Shown piece after piece: positions 13,920 through 28,935 of a stretch of 64,000 bases of DNA. Source of the stretch: Macrostomum lignano (lineage: Eukaryota); contig NIVC01000318.1 of assembly GCA_002269645.1 (NCBI GenBank), positions 1 through 64,000 of the forward strand, written 5' to 3'. A program made the translations under genes and the position numbers. Positions within the stretch are counted from its first letter, which is position 1. Every line of letters begins with the position of its first letter. Under the pieces are notes generated by a model. The model ran no database searches. It saw only the letters and a list, made by a program, of their open reading frames with translations, and was not told where the DNA came from.

Positions 13920-14865
13920 ATTTTTCTAGTGGGGTGGCTGGGCGATTTTTCTAGTAGGGATGGTTGGGGCGATTTTTTCTAGTAGGGGTGGTTGGGGCGA
14001 TTTTTCTAGTAGGGATGGCTGGGGCAATTTTTCTAGTAGGGGTGGCTGGGGTGATTTTTCTATTAGGGGTGGCTGGGGCGATTTTTCTAGTAGGGGTGGC
14101 TGGGGCGATTTTTCTAGTAGGGGTGGTTGGGGCGATTTTTTCTAGTAGGGGTGGTTGGGGCGATTTTTCTAGTAGGGATGGCTGGGGCAATTTTTCTAGT
14201 AGGGGTGGCTGGGGTGATTTTTCTATTAGGGGTGGCTGGGGCGATTTTTCTTGTAGGGGTGGCTGGGGCGATTTTTCTAGTAGGGATGGCTGGGGCAATT
14301 TTTCTTGTAGGGGTGGCTGGGGTGATTTTTCTATTAGGGGTGGCTGGGGCGATTTTTCTTGTAGGGGTGGCTGGGCGATTTTTCTAGTAGGGATGGTTGG
14401 GGCGATTTTTCTAGTAGGGGTGGTTGGGGCGATTTTTCTAGTAGGGGTGGTTGGGGCGATTCTTCTAGTAGGGATGGCTGGGGCGATTTTTCTAGTAGGG
14501 ATGGCTGGGGCAATTTTTCTTGTAGGGGTGGCTGGGGTGATTTTTCTATTAGGGGTGGCTGGGGCGATTTTTCTTGTAGGGGTGGCTGGGCGATTTTTCT
14601 ATTAGGGGTGGCTGGGGCGATTTTTCTAGTAGGGATGGCTGGGGCGATTTTTCTATTAGGGGTGGTTGGGGCGATTCTTCTAGTAGGGATGGCTGGGGCG
14701 ATTTTTCTAGTAGGGATGGCTGGGGCAATTTTTCTTGTAGGGGTGGCTGGGCGATTTTTCTATTAGGGGTGGCTGGGGCGATTTTTCTAGTAGGGATGGC
14801 TGGGGCGATTTTTCTATTAGGGGTGGTTGGGGCGATTCTTCTAGTAGGGGTGGCTGGGGCGATTT
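13920..14865. repeat. Intronic minisatellite, 27-bp unit GGGGTGGCTGGGGCGATTTTTCTAGTA
   Basis: About 35 copies starting ~30 bp after the exon A donor. Confidence 0.95.
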
Positions 14866-16869
14866 TCAGTCACCATCGATAATTAATTTAAGCAAATTCT
14901 TCCAACAGTTTCCAAAAGCCCATCTGTTGTCGCTTTTCAAATGTCTTGAAGGCGCAACACCTCACCCTGGCCAACTGATTGACAGCTCAGCTAAGTTGAG
15001 AAGATGAACTCGACATATCGCCTCGCAAATGTGGAGCCCGTGAAGAGGGCTTGACAAGGGGGCGGGGCAGTCATTCAGGCGTTTGGGGACCCCCAAGCTG
15101 TCAATGTCTCTCAAGTTCAGACAATGAGCTGGCACCGCTGCCTCACCGAGTGAAAGCGCTAAAATTGGGACTTTCACCCGCTAGCTCGCTGTTGAAGTGG
15201 CTCCGCTATGATAAAAATTAACTCCGTTGCGTCACCGTTCTCCATCTTCCTCCCATTCTCACTTCCCTTTCTATTGTTCACAATTGCACAGCTCTCCGCA
15301 TCCCACAGACCTGCGCCTACTGACACGTTTGACCTCTGAAGTGTCCCTCTAACTGGGGCTGTTTGAATATTAATATTTTTTAGACATAAAATAGAGGATT
15401 TAGGATATAAAACGGCTGACTGTGCGTGCTTGTGACATGTGCGCGCGCTTGTGACATGTGCGCGCTTGTGATTTCAATAAGCGCTTGAATCAATCTCTTG
15501 AACCGGAACAGATCTTCAGCTAGTTCAATCCGTTTACAAGTCATTGTTGGTTCAGCGGCCTAGAGTCAACCTTACCTGAGCAATACAGTGCAGTGCGCTC
15601 ATGCCTTCTGATTGCAGCCGAGAGTTCAGGGTCATTCTATGGACAGCTGACTACCCCAAAGTCAATTAATTTTTTTCATGCTCCATGTGGAGTTCCCGGG
15701 TCAGCTAATGATTTCGGCTTAATGAGACAAATGACAGACCGGCGGCACGGCTCACAGGGGGATCTGGTTTCGCATCCGTTGCTGGGATATAAACTTTAGT
15801 GAGGAAAAAACACATCGTGGGTGATGAGGAGAAGGAAGCCCCCCCCCGCCCCAGCTGAGCACAGGCCGAGCCCCTGGCCAACAGCTCCGGTGATTGAATT
15901 ACCCGCACTTGAGCAATTAGCGGTGCGGGCCCGGCCGCCTGCGGTGCCGCCAGCCTCTCCGCGCCTCATCTCCCGGACAAAATGAGAAAAAGAAGAAGAC
16001 GACCGACCAAGCAGTGTCCGGGCGGGATCTCTCTAGCTGTCGGCAAATTCCGGCTTCCTTTCGTCTCTCTCTTGAACTCGATTTCCTCTTTCGCGTCTGC
16101 ATGTCCTTGGAAGAGTAGATGAAGAGAGGAGGCTGGCCTCATCTAGATCTCCAAACCCACTTGTTATCCTGCGCCGCCCCGAGTCGCTGAAACTTTCTCT
16201 TTTCATCTCTCTTTCGGCTGAGCGGACACTTTCTTCCGAGGAAGCAGTTAAAGAAGAAAGACTTTTTCTTGGAAGCAGCGAAGCTTCCCGATTTTTGTTT
16301 ATTATCGCTCGAGCCGGTCAAGCGTGCCATTTAAAACTCGGTCGAGCTGCAAAATTTGACACACAAGCAGAGAGAGAGCTGGGAAGCCAGCTCTGACTGA
16401 ATTGTTTCTTATCTACCCGCCCCGCCTTTCTCATATCGAAATCTATGGTCAAAATCTCCCGGCCCGTCACACGCAACACTGAGCTCGATTCGGGTCTGGG
16501 GGGCGGCGGCTGCGCTCAACTCAACTGGAAAATATCAGCCGCCTCGATCACTCAAAATCGCTGACACTTCTTGGAGGAGAGGCTTGGGTGGGGGGGGGGG
16601 CTTGGAGGCCCTCACGCCCGGACAGTCGGACAAAACTGTGTGACGAATTTGGGGACGCCGCCACAGCAAACCGCTGCCTGGAGGCGGTAAATCAAATTGC
16701 TTTCGGGCCGCTCCCAGCATTACGGACCGCCTCGCACTCTGCGGTCTCTATGGTGGAGTGTAGCGTTGGGCTCTCGCTCTTTCCTGGCATTTGCATAACT
16801 GGCTGGCATCCTGATCACTGTTTCACTCTGTATATCACTCTCTTGCTTCCTCTCTTTGCTTCTATCTCC

Positions 16870-17580
16870 TTCTCCTCACTCTCCCCACTCTCCTTCACTC
16901 TCCCACTCTCTCACTCTCCCCACTCTCCTCCACTCTCCCACTCTCCCCCACTCTCCTCCACTCTCCCACTCTCTCACTCTCCCCCACTCTCCTCCACTCT
17001 CTCACTCTCCCCCACTCTCCTCCACTCTCCCACTCTCTCACTCTCCTCCACTCTCCTCCACTCTCCCACTCTCCCCGACTCTCCCCGACTCTCCCCGACT
17101 CTCCCCGACTCTCCCCGACTCTCCCCGACTCTCCCCGACTCTCCCCGACTCTCCCCGACTCTCCCCGACTCTCCCCGACTCTCCCCGACTCTCCCCGACT
17201 CTCCCCGACTCTCCCCGACTCTCCCCGACTCTCCCCGACTCTCCCCGACTCTCCCCGACTCTCCCCGACTCTCCCCGACTCTCCCCGACTCTCCCCGACT
17301 CTCCCCGACTCTCCCCGACTCTCTCCGACTCTCCCGACTCTCCCCGACTCTCTCCGACTCTCCCGACTCTCCCCGACTCTCCCCGACTCTCCCCGACTCT
17401 CCCCGACTCTCCCCGACTCTCCTCCACTCTACCACTCATCTCTCACTCTCCCCCACTCTACCACTCTCCCCCACTCTCCTCCACTCTCCCACTCTCCCAC
17501 TCTCCCCGACTCTCCCCGACTCTCCCCGACTCTCCCCGACTCTCCCCGACTCTCCCCGACTCTCCCCGACTCTCCCCTAC
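16870..17580. repeat. 10-bp tandem repeat (CTCTCCCCGA)n with CT-rich flanks
   Basis: Direct periodicity. Confidence 0.93.
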
Positions 17581-18779
17581 CCTTTCACACTCTCTGTCCA
17601 TCCACCTTATAATTTCATATGAAGTCTTCCCCAGCTAAAACAGAAAGAAAACAAGAATTTCCTCGCATAGAATTTACACAGGCGCAATAGAATTTTTTTG
17701 CTTTTCAATTTTCTACCTATAACTGTCCAAGCAATTATCAGCCCCCTCAAAGCGCCTGAGCCCCCAATTGCAATTTTCAGCACGTTGGCTGAAACTCAAA
17801 AAAGTGCTGCGCAGGAAAGTCAGATTGAAAGTAGGTTTTTTTACTTCAAAAAGTCCAACGCTGCACTGCTGGTCCGGCTTCGGAGATAATCTTCCCGACC
17901 CCAGCAAGCCTGTTTTTAATTAATGCCCTCCCAGGCCAGGTCACTGCAGTCCATCCGTCTCTTCTTCTCTTACTTGGTCGAGTGTTGGAAGCTCGAACAA
18001 CCCCCCGGGAACTGAATAGGGAACTGGGAGGCCGCCCAGGAGGAGACAGACAGTCGGGTCCAGGCCAGAGAGTCGAGGACAATCCTTCAACACCTCTTCT
18101 AGCTCGGATAGCAAACCGAATCGGTGCGGCCATCTGTTTTGCCTTCGGTTGCCAAGGCCGCACTTGACGACTTCAGTGTATATCCCAATGGAACCCTGCA
18201 GACTCTTCAACCTTTTTTGGGGCTGGGAGACCCTCTTATTCACGTCCCATAGAAGCTCTTAGGACTTGAAGTTGCCGAGGCCACAAAGTGCAGTGATTGA
18301 CAGGCACTCCAACAGACTACACAAGGATTCGAGCTCGGGCTGTCAACGGTACTCCCGTCGCCATCAACAAACAAAAACGCATTGGTAAAAACTGTCGAGA
18401 GAAGGCTATAAACTGTAAACTTGGTTTGAACGGTAACTCAAAAATAGAGGGCAATTAGACCTGCCCAGCGGGGGGCGGCACATTCCTGAGCTGCCTGGGC
18501 ATGACAACAATAACAAACCACTTGAATTAGATATGCTAAACAAGACGCTATTGTCTCTCCTGACAGCATTGGCTCATTCTGAGTGGTTGCGTAACACAAC
18601 CAGAGAGCTGTCAGAATTTTGAAGATTGCAAAACAGGTTGCGATAAGGCTAATGCCCTTGGCCTCACTCGATTTCTCAGCATCTTCATCTCTGTCCTTCT
18701 GCATCCAATTTGCACACCACCTTGCTTTCCCTTGCTGCTTTTCATGGCTTTGAGGCTTTTCTGTTTATTAGTGTCCACC

Positions 18780-19190
18780 TCTCTCCCTCTCTCCCTGCCT
18801 CTCTCCCTGCCTCTCTCCCTGCCTGTCTCCCTGCCTCTCTCCCTGCCTCTCTCCCTGCCTCTCTCCCTGCCTCTCTCCCTGCCTCTCTCCCTGCCTCTCT
18901 CCCTGCCTTTCTTCCTGCCTCTCTCTCTGCCTCTCTCCCTGCCTCTCTCCCTGCCTCTCTCCCTGCCTCTCTCCCTGCCTCTCTCCCTGCCTCTCTCCCT
19001 GCCTCTCTCCCTGCCTCTCTCCCTGCCTCTCTCCCTGCCTCTCTCCCTGCCTCTCTCCCTGCCTCTCTCCCTGCCTGTCTCCCTGCCTCTCTCCCTGCCT
19101 CTCTCCCTGCCTCTCTCCCTGCCTCTCTCCCTGCCTCTCTCCCTGCCTCTCTCCCTGCCTCTCTCCCTGCCTCTCTATCCTCTCTCCCCC
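18780..19190. repeat. 12-bp tandem repeat (CTCTCTCCCTGC)n
   Basis: Direct periodicity. Confidence 0.93.
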
Positions 19191-19961
19191 TCATCTCTCA
19201 CACCTTTCCTTCTCGCCCCTTGATCCTTGATCTCCCTCTACACATGTTCTGCAGGATTTCAGACTCCTGTTGGCGATCCATGTCAGACAGGCATCATTTA
19301 TTGCCCCCAGTAACAGAAGGCGATCAGCGGCAGGTGTTGGCGCCCCTGACCTCTCCGTTCTGGTCTCCATCTGCCAGTCAGCCTGGAGGGCCCCCAGCTC
19401 CCTCTCTTCCCTGCAGGCCTGGGGCTGCTGATTGCCCAAATTAAGGTGTCCAAATGCTGTTCAGCAAAGTCGCAACTGCAAGAATAGCATGTTTTCTGCA
19501 TGATTGCCATTGCTTTTTAGCAGCAGAAGCAACAGGTCCACTTTTGCCAGCAATTTTTCCTGTCTTCAGCCGCGATTGTTCTTTCGATAAAAGACATGAA
19601 CGCCTCTTTTTGCAATTTCTTTTAACTCAAAGAGGTCGAATACGTTAAAACTGACTGGCTGGCTGAGCTTCCTGTATCAGCCATCAGTTTTATCTGTTCA
19701 TCGAATGCCAGCCGGCCTTCTCAGGACAGCCGCGTAGCAACTCCCGTTTGCTGCTCGGTCACAGGTTTGGGATTTCACAGGACTCAGAGGGGCAGCTTGG
19801 CCTCGCGATCTTGGGATAACAGGAGAGGAGGCGCTATCGATGAGCCATCGGAAGGGAAGGGGGGCGGAGTGGGAAATTGGAGATGCACTTTTAGTGGGGA
19901 ATATCTGAATGCATGGGCGACTGCTGGCTTGTGTGTCGAGTGCCATGTGTTTATTCATGCA

Positions 19962-20310
<349 letters not shown>

Positions 20311-21049
20311 GGCAACCGGCAGGTCAGACAAAAGCTGCACTAATCAAGACTCCCAACCGACCGCACCCAGTTTCCTCTCTTCACCAGTCCGATAGTCAGT
20401 TTATTTATCTCAAAACAGTTTTCCCAATCGAAGATCCCCCCAGGCGAGAAAGTCGCGGTCCCCGCCCAGTTCATCAATTTTTCCCCTTTTAAAAATCCTC
20501 GCGCTCACTCGGTTTTTGTCATAAAAGTCCAACCAGCGGATTCCAAATCGAGGCATTTGGGAACTATTTCGGGTCCAAGGTGGATTCGGGCGAACCCCCC
20601 CCCCTCGCCACAGTTCCGTCTGTTTTGGCTCGGCTGTTTTTGTCACAACATTTTGCCCTCTTGCAAAAGAGAGGGGGTGGATATTGTTGAGAATTTCTGG
20701 CCACAAAAGATATAGCGGCAATTGCTAATGGATTCCGCCCCGTAGTGGATGGAGATAGCGGGGGGGGGGTAGGGACCAGAGGCCGCAGAAAGAGGATCTC
20801 AGGGCTGGGAAATGCAAAATTTATGCTTCACTCGCTGCTCTGGCCCGCCCTTGGCTCAGAATCCCCACTGAAAAAGCCTCACAAGCATGGCGGATGAGTA
20901 AGATAAATGCGTGCCTGCCCGCCGCCTCGGCCCCAGACTCCCTGATGCAGCATGGCAGATGCAGCTACTAACGGCTGGGGGCCCCCGCCGGCGCTTTCAG
21001 TTCCCCGCTGTTTGGACTGCGTTGTTGGAAGTTTGCTGTAGAAGAGATC

Positions 21050-21385
21050 GAAGGAGAGTCAGGAAGATGCATGAAGAGTCAGGAAGAGTCAGGAAGAGTC
21101 AGGAAGAATCAGGAAGAGTCAGGAAGAGTCAGGAAGAGTCAGGAAGAGTCAGGGAAGAGTCAGGGAAGAGTCAGGAAGAGTCAGGAAGAGTCAGGAAGAG
21201 TCAGGAAGAGTCAGGAAGAGCCAGGAAGAGCCAGGAAGAGTCAGGTAGAGTCAGGAAGAGTCAGAAAGAGTCAGGTAGAGTCAGGAAGAGTCAGGAAGAG
21301 TCAGGAAGGGTCAGGAAGAGTCAGGAAGAGTCAGGTAGAGTCAGGAAGAGTCAGGAAGAGTCAGGAAAAGTCACGAAGAGTCAGG
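21050..21385. repeat. 10-bp tandem repeat (GTCAGGAAGA)n
   Basis: Direct periodicity. Confidence 0.93.
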
Positions 21386-21431
21386 ATTAGAACTAGATCC
21401 AAATCAGCAGATCCCAATCAGCAGATCTTAA

Positions 21432-21809
<378 letters not shown>

Positions 21810-22454
21810 TGACCAGGCAAAATTGATTTCGTTCACAGCCTAATTGAATTAAACTTATTTAGCTCGCGATGAGGCGGCAGGTCCTGTGAAGCCCCGGACT
21901 CAAAGACATCAAAAGCAGCTGCCTGAAATGCCAGACTGCCCCACCCCCCACCCCTATTCACTTTGCATTTCTGCCTCAGATACAAGGCAAGGGGTTTTCT
22001 TTTAAAAAGAGAAATTCTTCTACACTAAATTTACGCAGACTACTTTTTAGATTACGTAATCCGTCTTACTTTGCATACGGCGCCTCCCCCCCCAGCCTCT
22101 CTAAGCGGCCCATGGCTAATGAGGCACTGGCGAGTGGACCCGAACAAAAAATTTTTCCCCACTCGTGCTGTTCCGCATTCGAACAGGTTGGCAGAGACTC
22201 ACCGGTTCGCTGCTGATATTGGGGATCGCCATGCCGGCATAACTGGCTTGCGCGTGATTAGGTCGGGAGAAAGGAAAATCAATGACACGAATATCCATAG
22301 GAATTTTTGTTCTGTGCAGTCTCATTATCGATTGATTCGTAGCAGCTTCACGCCTGGCTGAGGCGTCTGTTTAAAAGTCTACGTGTAGAGTTTCTCGCCC
22401 TTCGTTTGACAGTTTAATTGCATTCTTTCTATGGCTTGAGGGAACTTTTGTTTT

Positions 22455-22850
22455 CTAGGAAGTTTTTCTAGGAAACTACTGTTTCTAGGAAACTACTGTT
22501 TCTAGGAAACTACTGTTTCTAGGAAACTACCGTTTCTAGGAAACTACTGTTTCTAGGAAACTACTGTTTCTAGGAAACTACTGTTTCTAGGAAACTACTG
22601 TTTCTAGGAAACTACTGTTTCTAGGAAACTACTGTTTCTAGGATTTTAAAACGGTCTTTCAAAAGAAAGTGTCTGGGAAAAACTACCACCTTCTAAAAAA
22701 CTATCATTTCTGAGAAACTACCGTTTCTGGGAAACTGGCGTTTCTGGGAAACTGGCGTTTCTGGGAAACTAGCGTTTCTGGGAAACTGGCGTTTCGAGGA
22801 AACTAGCGTTTTTAGGAAACGACTATTTTTTAAAACTAGTGCTTTAAGAA
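22455..22850. repeat. 17-bp minisatellite (TTTCTAGGAAACTACTG)n, degenerating rightwards
   Basis: About 10 clean copies, then diverged copies. Confidence 0.85.
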
Positions 22851-23499
22851 CACAATGCTGGCAGAAAAAAAAGATTTCATTTTCAAGGACATTGTAGTAT
22901 TTAGCTATGGACGTTGCAAGTTTTTCTTCAAAGTAAAGAATTAAGCCATTTCACAAATTCATAGAATACTGCAGGTAACAAACGTTTTTAGAAAATTTTC
23001 TTTCTAGGATGACCCCAAGGGGGCCCATTCTTTACGCAGTCATGCACTCATACAAACGGCTCACACAGGGTGTACAGCGGCACTGACAATGTACACTCTC
23101 TGTGTCTTGTGGGTTGGTCCTCATGTGTGTGAATCGTGCGACAACCCCCTACCGACCTCGGGCAAGCCTGAAAACATGTAAATCCGCTAGTCTGCACTGC
23201 CACAGAAATTCCCCCAGCATTCAAGAGTTAATAGGGATTCTAAACCTGAATCTGCTGGCTGTGTAGCGTGACCTTGGCTCCGCTGCCACCCCTTCTCTAT
23301 TCCTGTGCTAGCGGGTCATTATTGAAAATTGGTGCCAAAATGGGCCAGCAGCAGCTGCTGGCTGCCTGACTGACAGCCGGTTGACTTCAGCCAGCTGTGA
23401 AGATTGACCAGCGCTTCGGTGCTTCGGGTTCAACTGACTGCGCTAGGGGGCGGGGAAGTGTGTGGTTGGATAGCAAAGCGGGGAGCAGAGAGCAGAAAG

Positions 23500-24000
23500 T
23501 TTCTAAGAACTACCACCTTCTACTAGGAAAAAACTACTGTTTCTAGAAAACTATCATTTCTAAGAAACTACCGTTTAGGGAAGCTAGCGTTTCTAGAAAG
23601 CTACTGTTTACAGGAAACTAGCGTTTCTATGAAACTACGGCTTCTAGGAGACTAACATTTCTAGGAAACTAAAATTTATAGGAAACTAACGTTTGTAGGA
23701 AACTAACGTTTGTAGGAAACTAACGTTTGTAGGAAACTAACGTTTGTAGGAAACTAACGTTTGTAGGAAACTAACGTTTCTAGGAAACTAACGTTTCTAG
23801 GAAACTAACGTTTCTAGGAAACTAACGTTTCTAGGAAACTAACGTTTGTAGGAAACTAACGTTTCTAGGAAACTAACGTTTCTAGGAAACTAACGTTTCT
23901 AGGAAACTAACGTTTCTAGGAAACTAACGTTTCTAGAAAACTAACATTTCTAGGAAACTAACTTTTCTTGGAAACTAGCGTTTCTAGGAACGTTTCTAGT
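23500..24000. repeat. 17-bp minisatellite (GTTTCTAGGAAACTAAC)n
   Basis: Related to the 22455 array (shared TTTCTAGGAAACTA core). Confidence 0.88.
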
Positions 24001-24554
24001 AAACATTTTCGCCAGCCACTGAGAGTTCTTTAACAACCGACCCCTAGATTGGCAAGAGTTTGAGAGCTCGTTAAGAATTCCAATTTAAGCCGGTCGCTCA
24101 CTGTTTGAAGGACATTTTCCTTTCAATAGTTTTCCCAAGCTTGTCCCCAGCTTTCATTGATGAAGCGGCTCGGACTTGAAAGCATATTTGAAGCGGTAAA
24201 GAGGACATGTGCAGGGCTGCTTGCTTGAAGAGGCAAATCTGTTATGTACAAAATTTGGACCATAAATTTTCTTCGCCAAATAGTGCTCAGCCCCAGTTTT
24301 AATTCAGCTGCATTATTAACTCATCCGAAGTCCTCGAATAAGGCGAAGAAAAGCTGAATAAATTTTCCCCTTTATCCCCAAGGCGATGCAGCTCCGTGAG
24401 ATCAGACCGCTGCTGCCATTCATTCTGTTGGAAAGTAGAAACGCATTGATTTGCCGACAAAGGGGTCACCGCGTGTGGGTGTCCCTTGAGTGTGTGGGCA
24501 CGGGGTCACGGGATGTAATGGGGTCGCTGGTTGTGGATCACTGAGGGCGAGGTC

Positions 24555-24945
24555 TCTGGATATGGGTCACTAAATGTGGGGTCACTGAATGGGAGTGAGG
24601 TCACTGTGTGTGCGATCATTGGATGTGAGTCATTGGGTGTGGGGTCACTGGGTGTGGGGTCACTGGGTGTGGGGTCACTTAGAGTGGGGTCACTGGGTGT
24701 GGGGTCACTGGTTGTGGGGTCACTGGGTGTGGGGTCACTGGGTGTGGGGTCACTGGGTGTGGGGTCACTGGGTGTGGGGTCACTGGGTGTGGAGTCACTG
24801 GGTGTGGGGTCACTGGGTGTGGGGTCACTGGGTGTGGGGTCACTGGGTGTGGAGTCACTGGGTGTGGGGTCACTGGCTGTGGGGTCACTGGGTGTGAGGT
24901 CACAGGGTGTGGGGTCACTGGGTGTGAGGTCACTGGCTGTGAGAT
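24555..24945. repeat. 15-bp G-rich minisatellite (GGGGTCACTGGGTGT)n
   Basis: Direct periodicity. Confidence 0.93.
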
Positions 24946-25369
24946 CACCGAAGATAGTAGACTGGAAATCAGTGAACGGCAACATTCCATGACAATTGCT
25001 TCAGGAAAAATCGATGCATGATTGCACAGATTTGACTCGAGACTTAGCAATAAATTTCTATACAAGGCAGCCACTAATTAGGGAAGCAAAACCCACCGGA
25101 ATTTTTCTGCTGAGTCTCAACCAAGATAATTAATTAGGCAATTAACCGCAGCAGGGGGGCAGCTTCAACTGTCAATCTTCCTGGATTGTTCCACTTATGA
25201 TTAGTGTCCGACTGTCCAACTGTCCGAGTGAGCGAGCTTACCGTCCGCATTCCCTTTGCGTGAGCCAGCCAGCTTAGGCCTGAGATAAGTCACTTCGATT
25301 CGTGTGAACCAGGTTTGTGTTTTTTCAACAGGATGTTCAAAACATACAAGAGGGAAAGTGGGGTGAGGG

Positions 25370-26865
25370 GTGAGAGTCAGACTGGGTAGGAGACGGGAGC
25401 TGAGGGAGATCGGGGTGAGAATCAGACTTGGTGGGAGATGAGAGCTGAGGGAGATCGGGGTGAGAGATTGGGGTGAGAATCAGACTGGGTGGGAGATGAG
25501 AGCTGAGGGAGATCGGGGTGAGAGATTGGGGTGAGAATCAGACTGGGTGGGAGATGAGAGCTGAGGGAGATTGGGGTGAGAATCAGACTTGGTGGGAGAT
25601 GAGAGCTGAGGGAGATCGGGGTGAGAATCAGACTTGGTGGGAGTCGGGAGCTGAGGAAGATCGGGGTGAGAATCAGACTGGGTGGGAGTCGGGAGCTGAG
25701 GAAGATCGGGGTGAGAATCAGACTGGGTGGGAGTCGGGAGCTGAGGAAGATCGGGGTGAGAATCAGACTGGGTGGGAGATGAGAGCTGAGGGAGATTGGG
25801 GTGAGAATCAGACTGGGTGGGAGATGAGAGCTGAGGGAGATCGGGGTGAGAATCAGACTGGGTGGGAGATGAGAGCTGAGGAAGATCGGGTGAGAATCAG
25901 ACTGGGTGGGAGATGAGAGCTGAGGGAGATCGGGGTGAGAATCAGACGGGGTGGGAGATGAGAGCTGAGGGAGATTGGGGTGAGAATCAGACTGGGTGGG
26001 AGATGAGAGCTGAGGGAGATCGGGGTGAGAATCAGACTGGGTGGGAGATGAGAGCTGAGGAAGATCGGGGTGAGAATCAGACTGGGTGGGAGATGAGAGC
26101 TGAGGGAGATCGGGGTGAGAATCAGACGGGGTGGGAGATGAGAGCTGAGGGAGATCGGGGTGAGAATCAGACTGGGTGGGAGATGAGAGCTGAGGGAGAT
26201 TGGGGTGAGAATCAGACTGGGTGGGAGATGAGAGCTGAGGGAGATTGGGGTGAGAATCAGACTGGGTGGGAGATGAGAGCTGAGGGAGATCGGGGTGAGA
26301 ATCAGACTGGGTGGGAGATGAGAGCTGAGGAAGATCGGGGTGAGAATCAGACTGGGTGGGAGATGAGAGCTGAGGGAGATCGGGGTGAGAATCAGACGGG
26401 GTGGGAGATGAGAGCTGAGGGAGATCGGGGTGAGAATCAGACTGGGTGGGAGATGAGAGCTGAGGGAGATCGGGGTGAGAATCAGACTGGGTGGGAGATG
26501 AGAGCTGAGGGAGATTGGGGTGAGAATCAGACTGGGTGGGAGATGAGAGCTGAGGGAGATTGGGGTGAGAATCAGACTGAGTGGGAGATGAGAGCTGAGG
26601 GAGATCGGGGTGAGAATCAGACTGGGTGGGAGATGAGAGCTGAGGGAGATCGGGGTGAGAGTCAGACTGGGTGGGAGATGAGAGCTGAGGGAGATCGGGG
26701 TGAGAGATTGGGGTGAGAGTCAGACTGAGTGGGAGATAAGAGCTGAGGGAGATCGGGGTGAGAATCAGACTGGGTGGGAGATGAGAGCTGAGGGAGATTG
26801 GGGTGAGAATCAGACTGGGTGGGAGATGAGAGCTGAGGGAGATCGGGGTGAGAGTCAGACTGAGA
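25370..26865. repeat. 45-bp minisatellite GGGGTGAGAATCAGACTGGGTGGGAGATGAGAGCTGAGGGAGATC
   Basis: About 33 copies; the unit is a multiple of 3, which creates spurious long ORFs. Confidence 0.95.
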
Positions 26866-27289
26866 GATCTAGAACCCGCAAAATAACTGCAATAAGAGAA
26901 AACTCAAGAAAGTTTCCAAATATTTACCAATTTTTCTCCAATTCAGGTATCGTGGAGTGTGGTGACAGTTGGTTTCATTTTTCACTGTTTTGCAAAAAAA
27001 TTAATTTCAAAAGAAAGTTTTTCATGTCGGTTCTGATCCCTGTTTTTCCTTCGAAAATGATTTACAGAGGCTTATGACTTAGCGGTGGCATAAAAATGAA
27101 AACTATTTTTGGACAGAGAAAATTGACATTGAATGACTACTTCTAGTAGAGGTGCTAAAAAGGAGCGTTCTGAAAGACTTCTATTAAAAAAACTCGATTT
27201 ATTCTAAGACACCTTTTATTTTAAGAAACCTTTTATTCTAACAAAGCTTGTATTCTAATAAATCTTTCATTCCAAGAAAGCTTTTTCTA

Positions 27290-27715
27290 AGAAAACCAAA
27301 ATTCTAGGACGACCTTCTTTTCTAAGAAAACCTACATTCTAGGGCAATCTTCTTTTCTAAGAAAACCTACATTCTAGGGCAATCTTCTTTTCTAAGAAAA
27401 CCTACGAGACATTCTAGTCTCGTACATTCGTAGGTACCTTGTTCGAGACCTTTGTACGAGGTCTCGTACAAACCTCGTACATTCTAGGGCAACCTTCTTT
27501 TCTAAGAAAACCTAAATTCTAGGGCCATCTTCTTTTCTAAGAAAACCTACATTCTAGGGCAACCTTCTTTTCTAAGAAAACCTACATTCTAGGGCAACCT
27601 TCTTTTCTAAGAAAACCTACATTCTAGGGCAACCTTCTTTTCTAAGAAAACCTACGTTCTAGGGCAGTCTTCTTTTCTAAGAAAACCTACATTCTAGGAG
27701 CACCTTTGATTCTAA
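27290..27715. repeat. 35-bp minisatellite TTCTAAGAAAACCTACATTCTAGGGCAACCTTCTT, interrupted by a ~70-bp palindromic patch
   Basis: Direct copies either side of 27406-27477. Confidence 0.88.
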
Positions 27716-27774
27716 GAAACTGAATTCTCGGAAACTCTTCATTTCATGCATTCACAAGAAAACCCATTCCCTAA

Positions 27775-28239
<465 letters not shown>

Positions 28240-28279
28240 TGAGAGATTTGTGCGGCTGTGTGGGCTGGAATTCAGAGCT

Positions 28280-28935
28280 AGTGCGTGGGAGGGTTGGTGC
28301 GTGGGAGGGTTGGTGCGTGGGAGGGTTGGTGCGTGGGAGGGTTGGGGTGTGGGTGTAGGAGGGTTGGTGCGTGGGAGGGTTGGTGCGTGGGAGGGTTGGG
28401 GTGTGGGGTGTAGGAGGGTTGGTGCGTGGGAGGGTTTGCGTGTTGGAGGGTTGGGGTGTGAGGGTTGGGGTGTGAGGGTTGGGGTGTGTGAGGGTTGGCG
28501 TGTGGGAGGGTTGGCGTGTGGGAGGGTTGGGGTGTGTGAGGGTTGGGGTGTGTGAGGGTTGGGGTGTGTGAGGGTTGGCGTGTGTGAGGGTTGGCGTGTG
28601 GGAGGGTTGGGGTGTGTGAGGGTTGGCGTGTGTGAGGGTTGGCGTGTGGGAGGGTTGGGGTGTGTGAGGGTTGGGGTGTGTGAGGGTTGGGGTGTGTGAG
28701 GGTTGGCGTGTGTGAGGGTTGGCGTGTGGGAGTTTTGGGGTGTGTGAGGGTTGGGGTGTGTGAGGGTTGGGGTGTGTGAGGGTTGGGGTGTGTGAGGGTT
28801 GGGGTGTGTGAGGGTTGGCGTGTGTGAGGGTTGGCGTGTGTGAGGGTTGGCGTGTGGGAGGGTTGGGGTGTGTGAGGGTTGGCGTGTGGGAGGGTTGGGG
28901 TGTGTGAGGGTTGGCGTGTGGGAGGGTTGGCGTGT
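28280..28935. repeat. 16-bp G-rich minisatellite (GAGGGTTGGSGTGTGK)n
   Basis: Direct periodicity starting ~45 bp after the exon C donor. Confidence 0.92.

Noticed and set aside
14962-15177. Minus-strand ORF ending at a GG|GTGAG donor-like site (possible nested gene)
   Set aside because: No recognisable protein, an in-frame stop just upstream and no partner exon found.
16626-16686. Exon-like segment RTKLCDEFGDAATANRCLEA with a GTAAAT donor inside the GFR-like intron
   Set aside because: Phases (2 and 0) are incompatible with the phase-1 exon chain, and exons A and B already form a complete domain.
28280-28935. GGGTT-containing array as an interstitial telomere
   Set aside because: The unit is 16 bp (GAGGGTTGGSGTGTGK), not TTAGGG; the resemblance is superficial.
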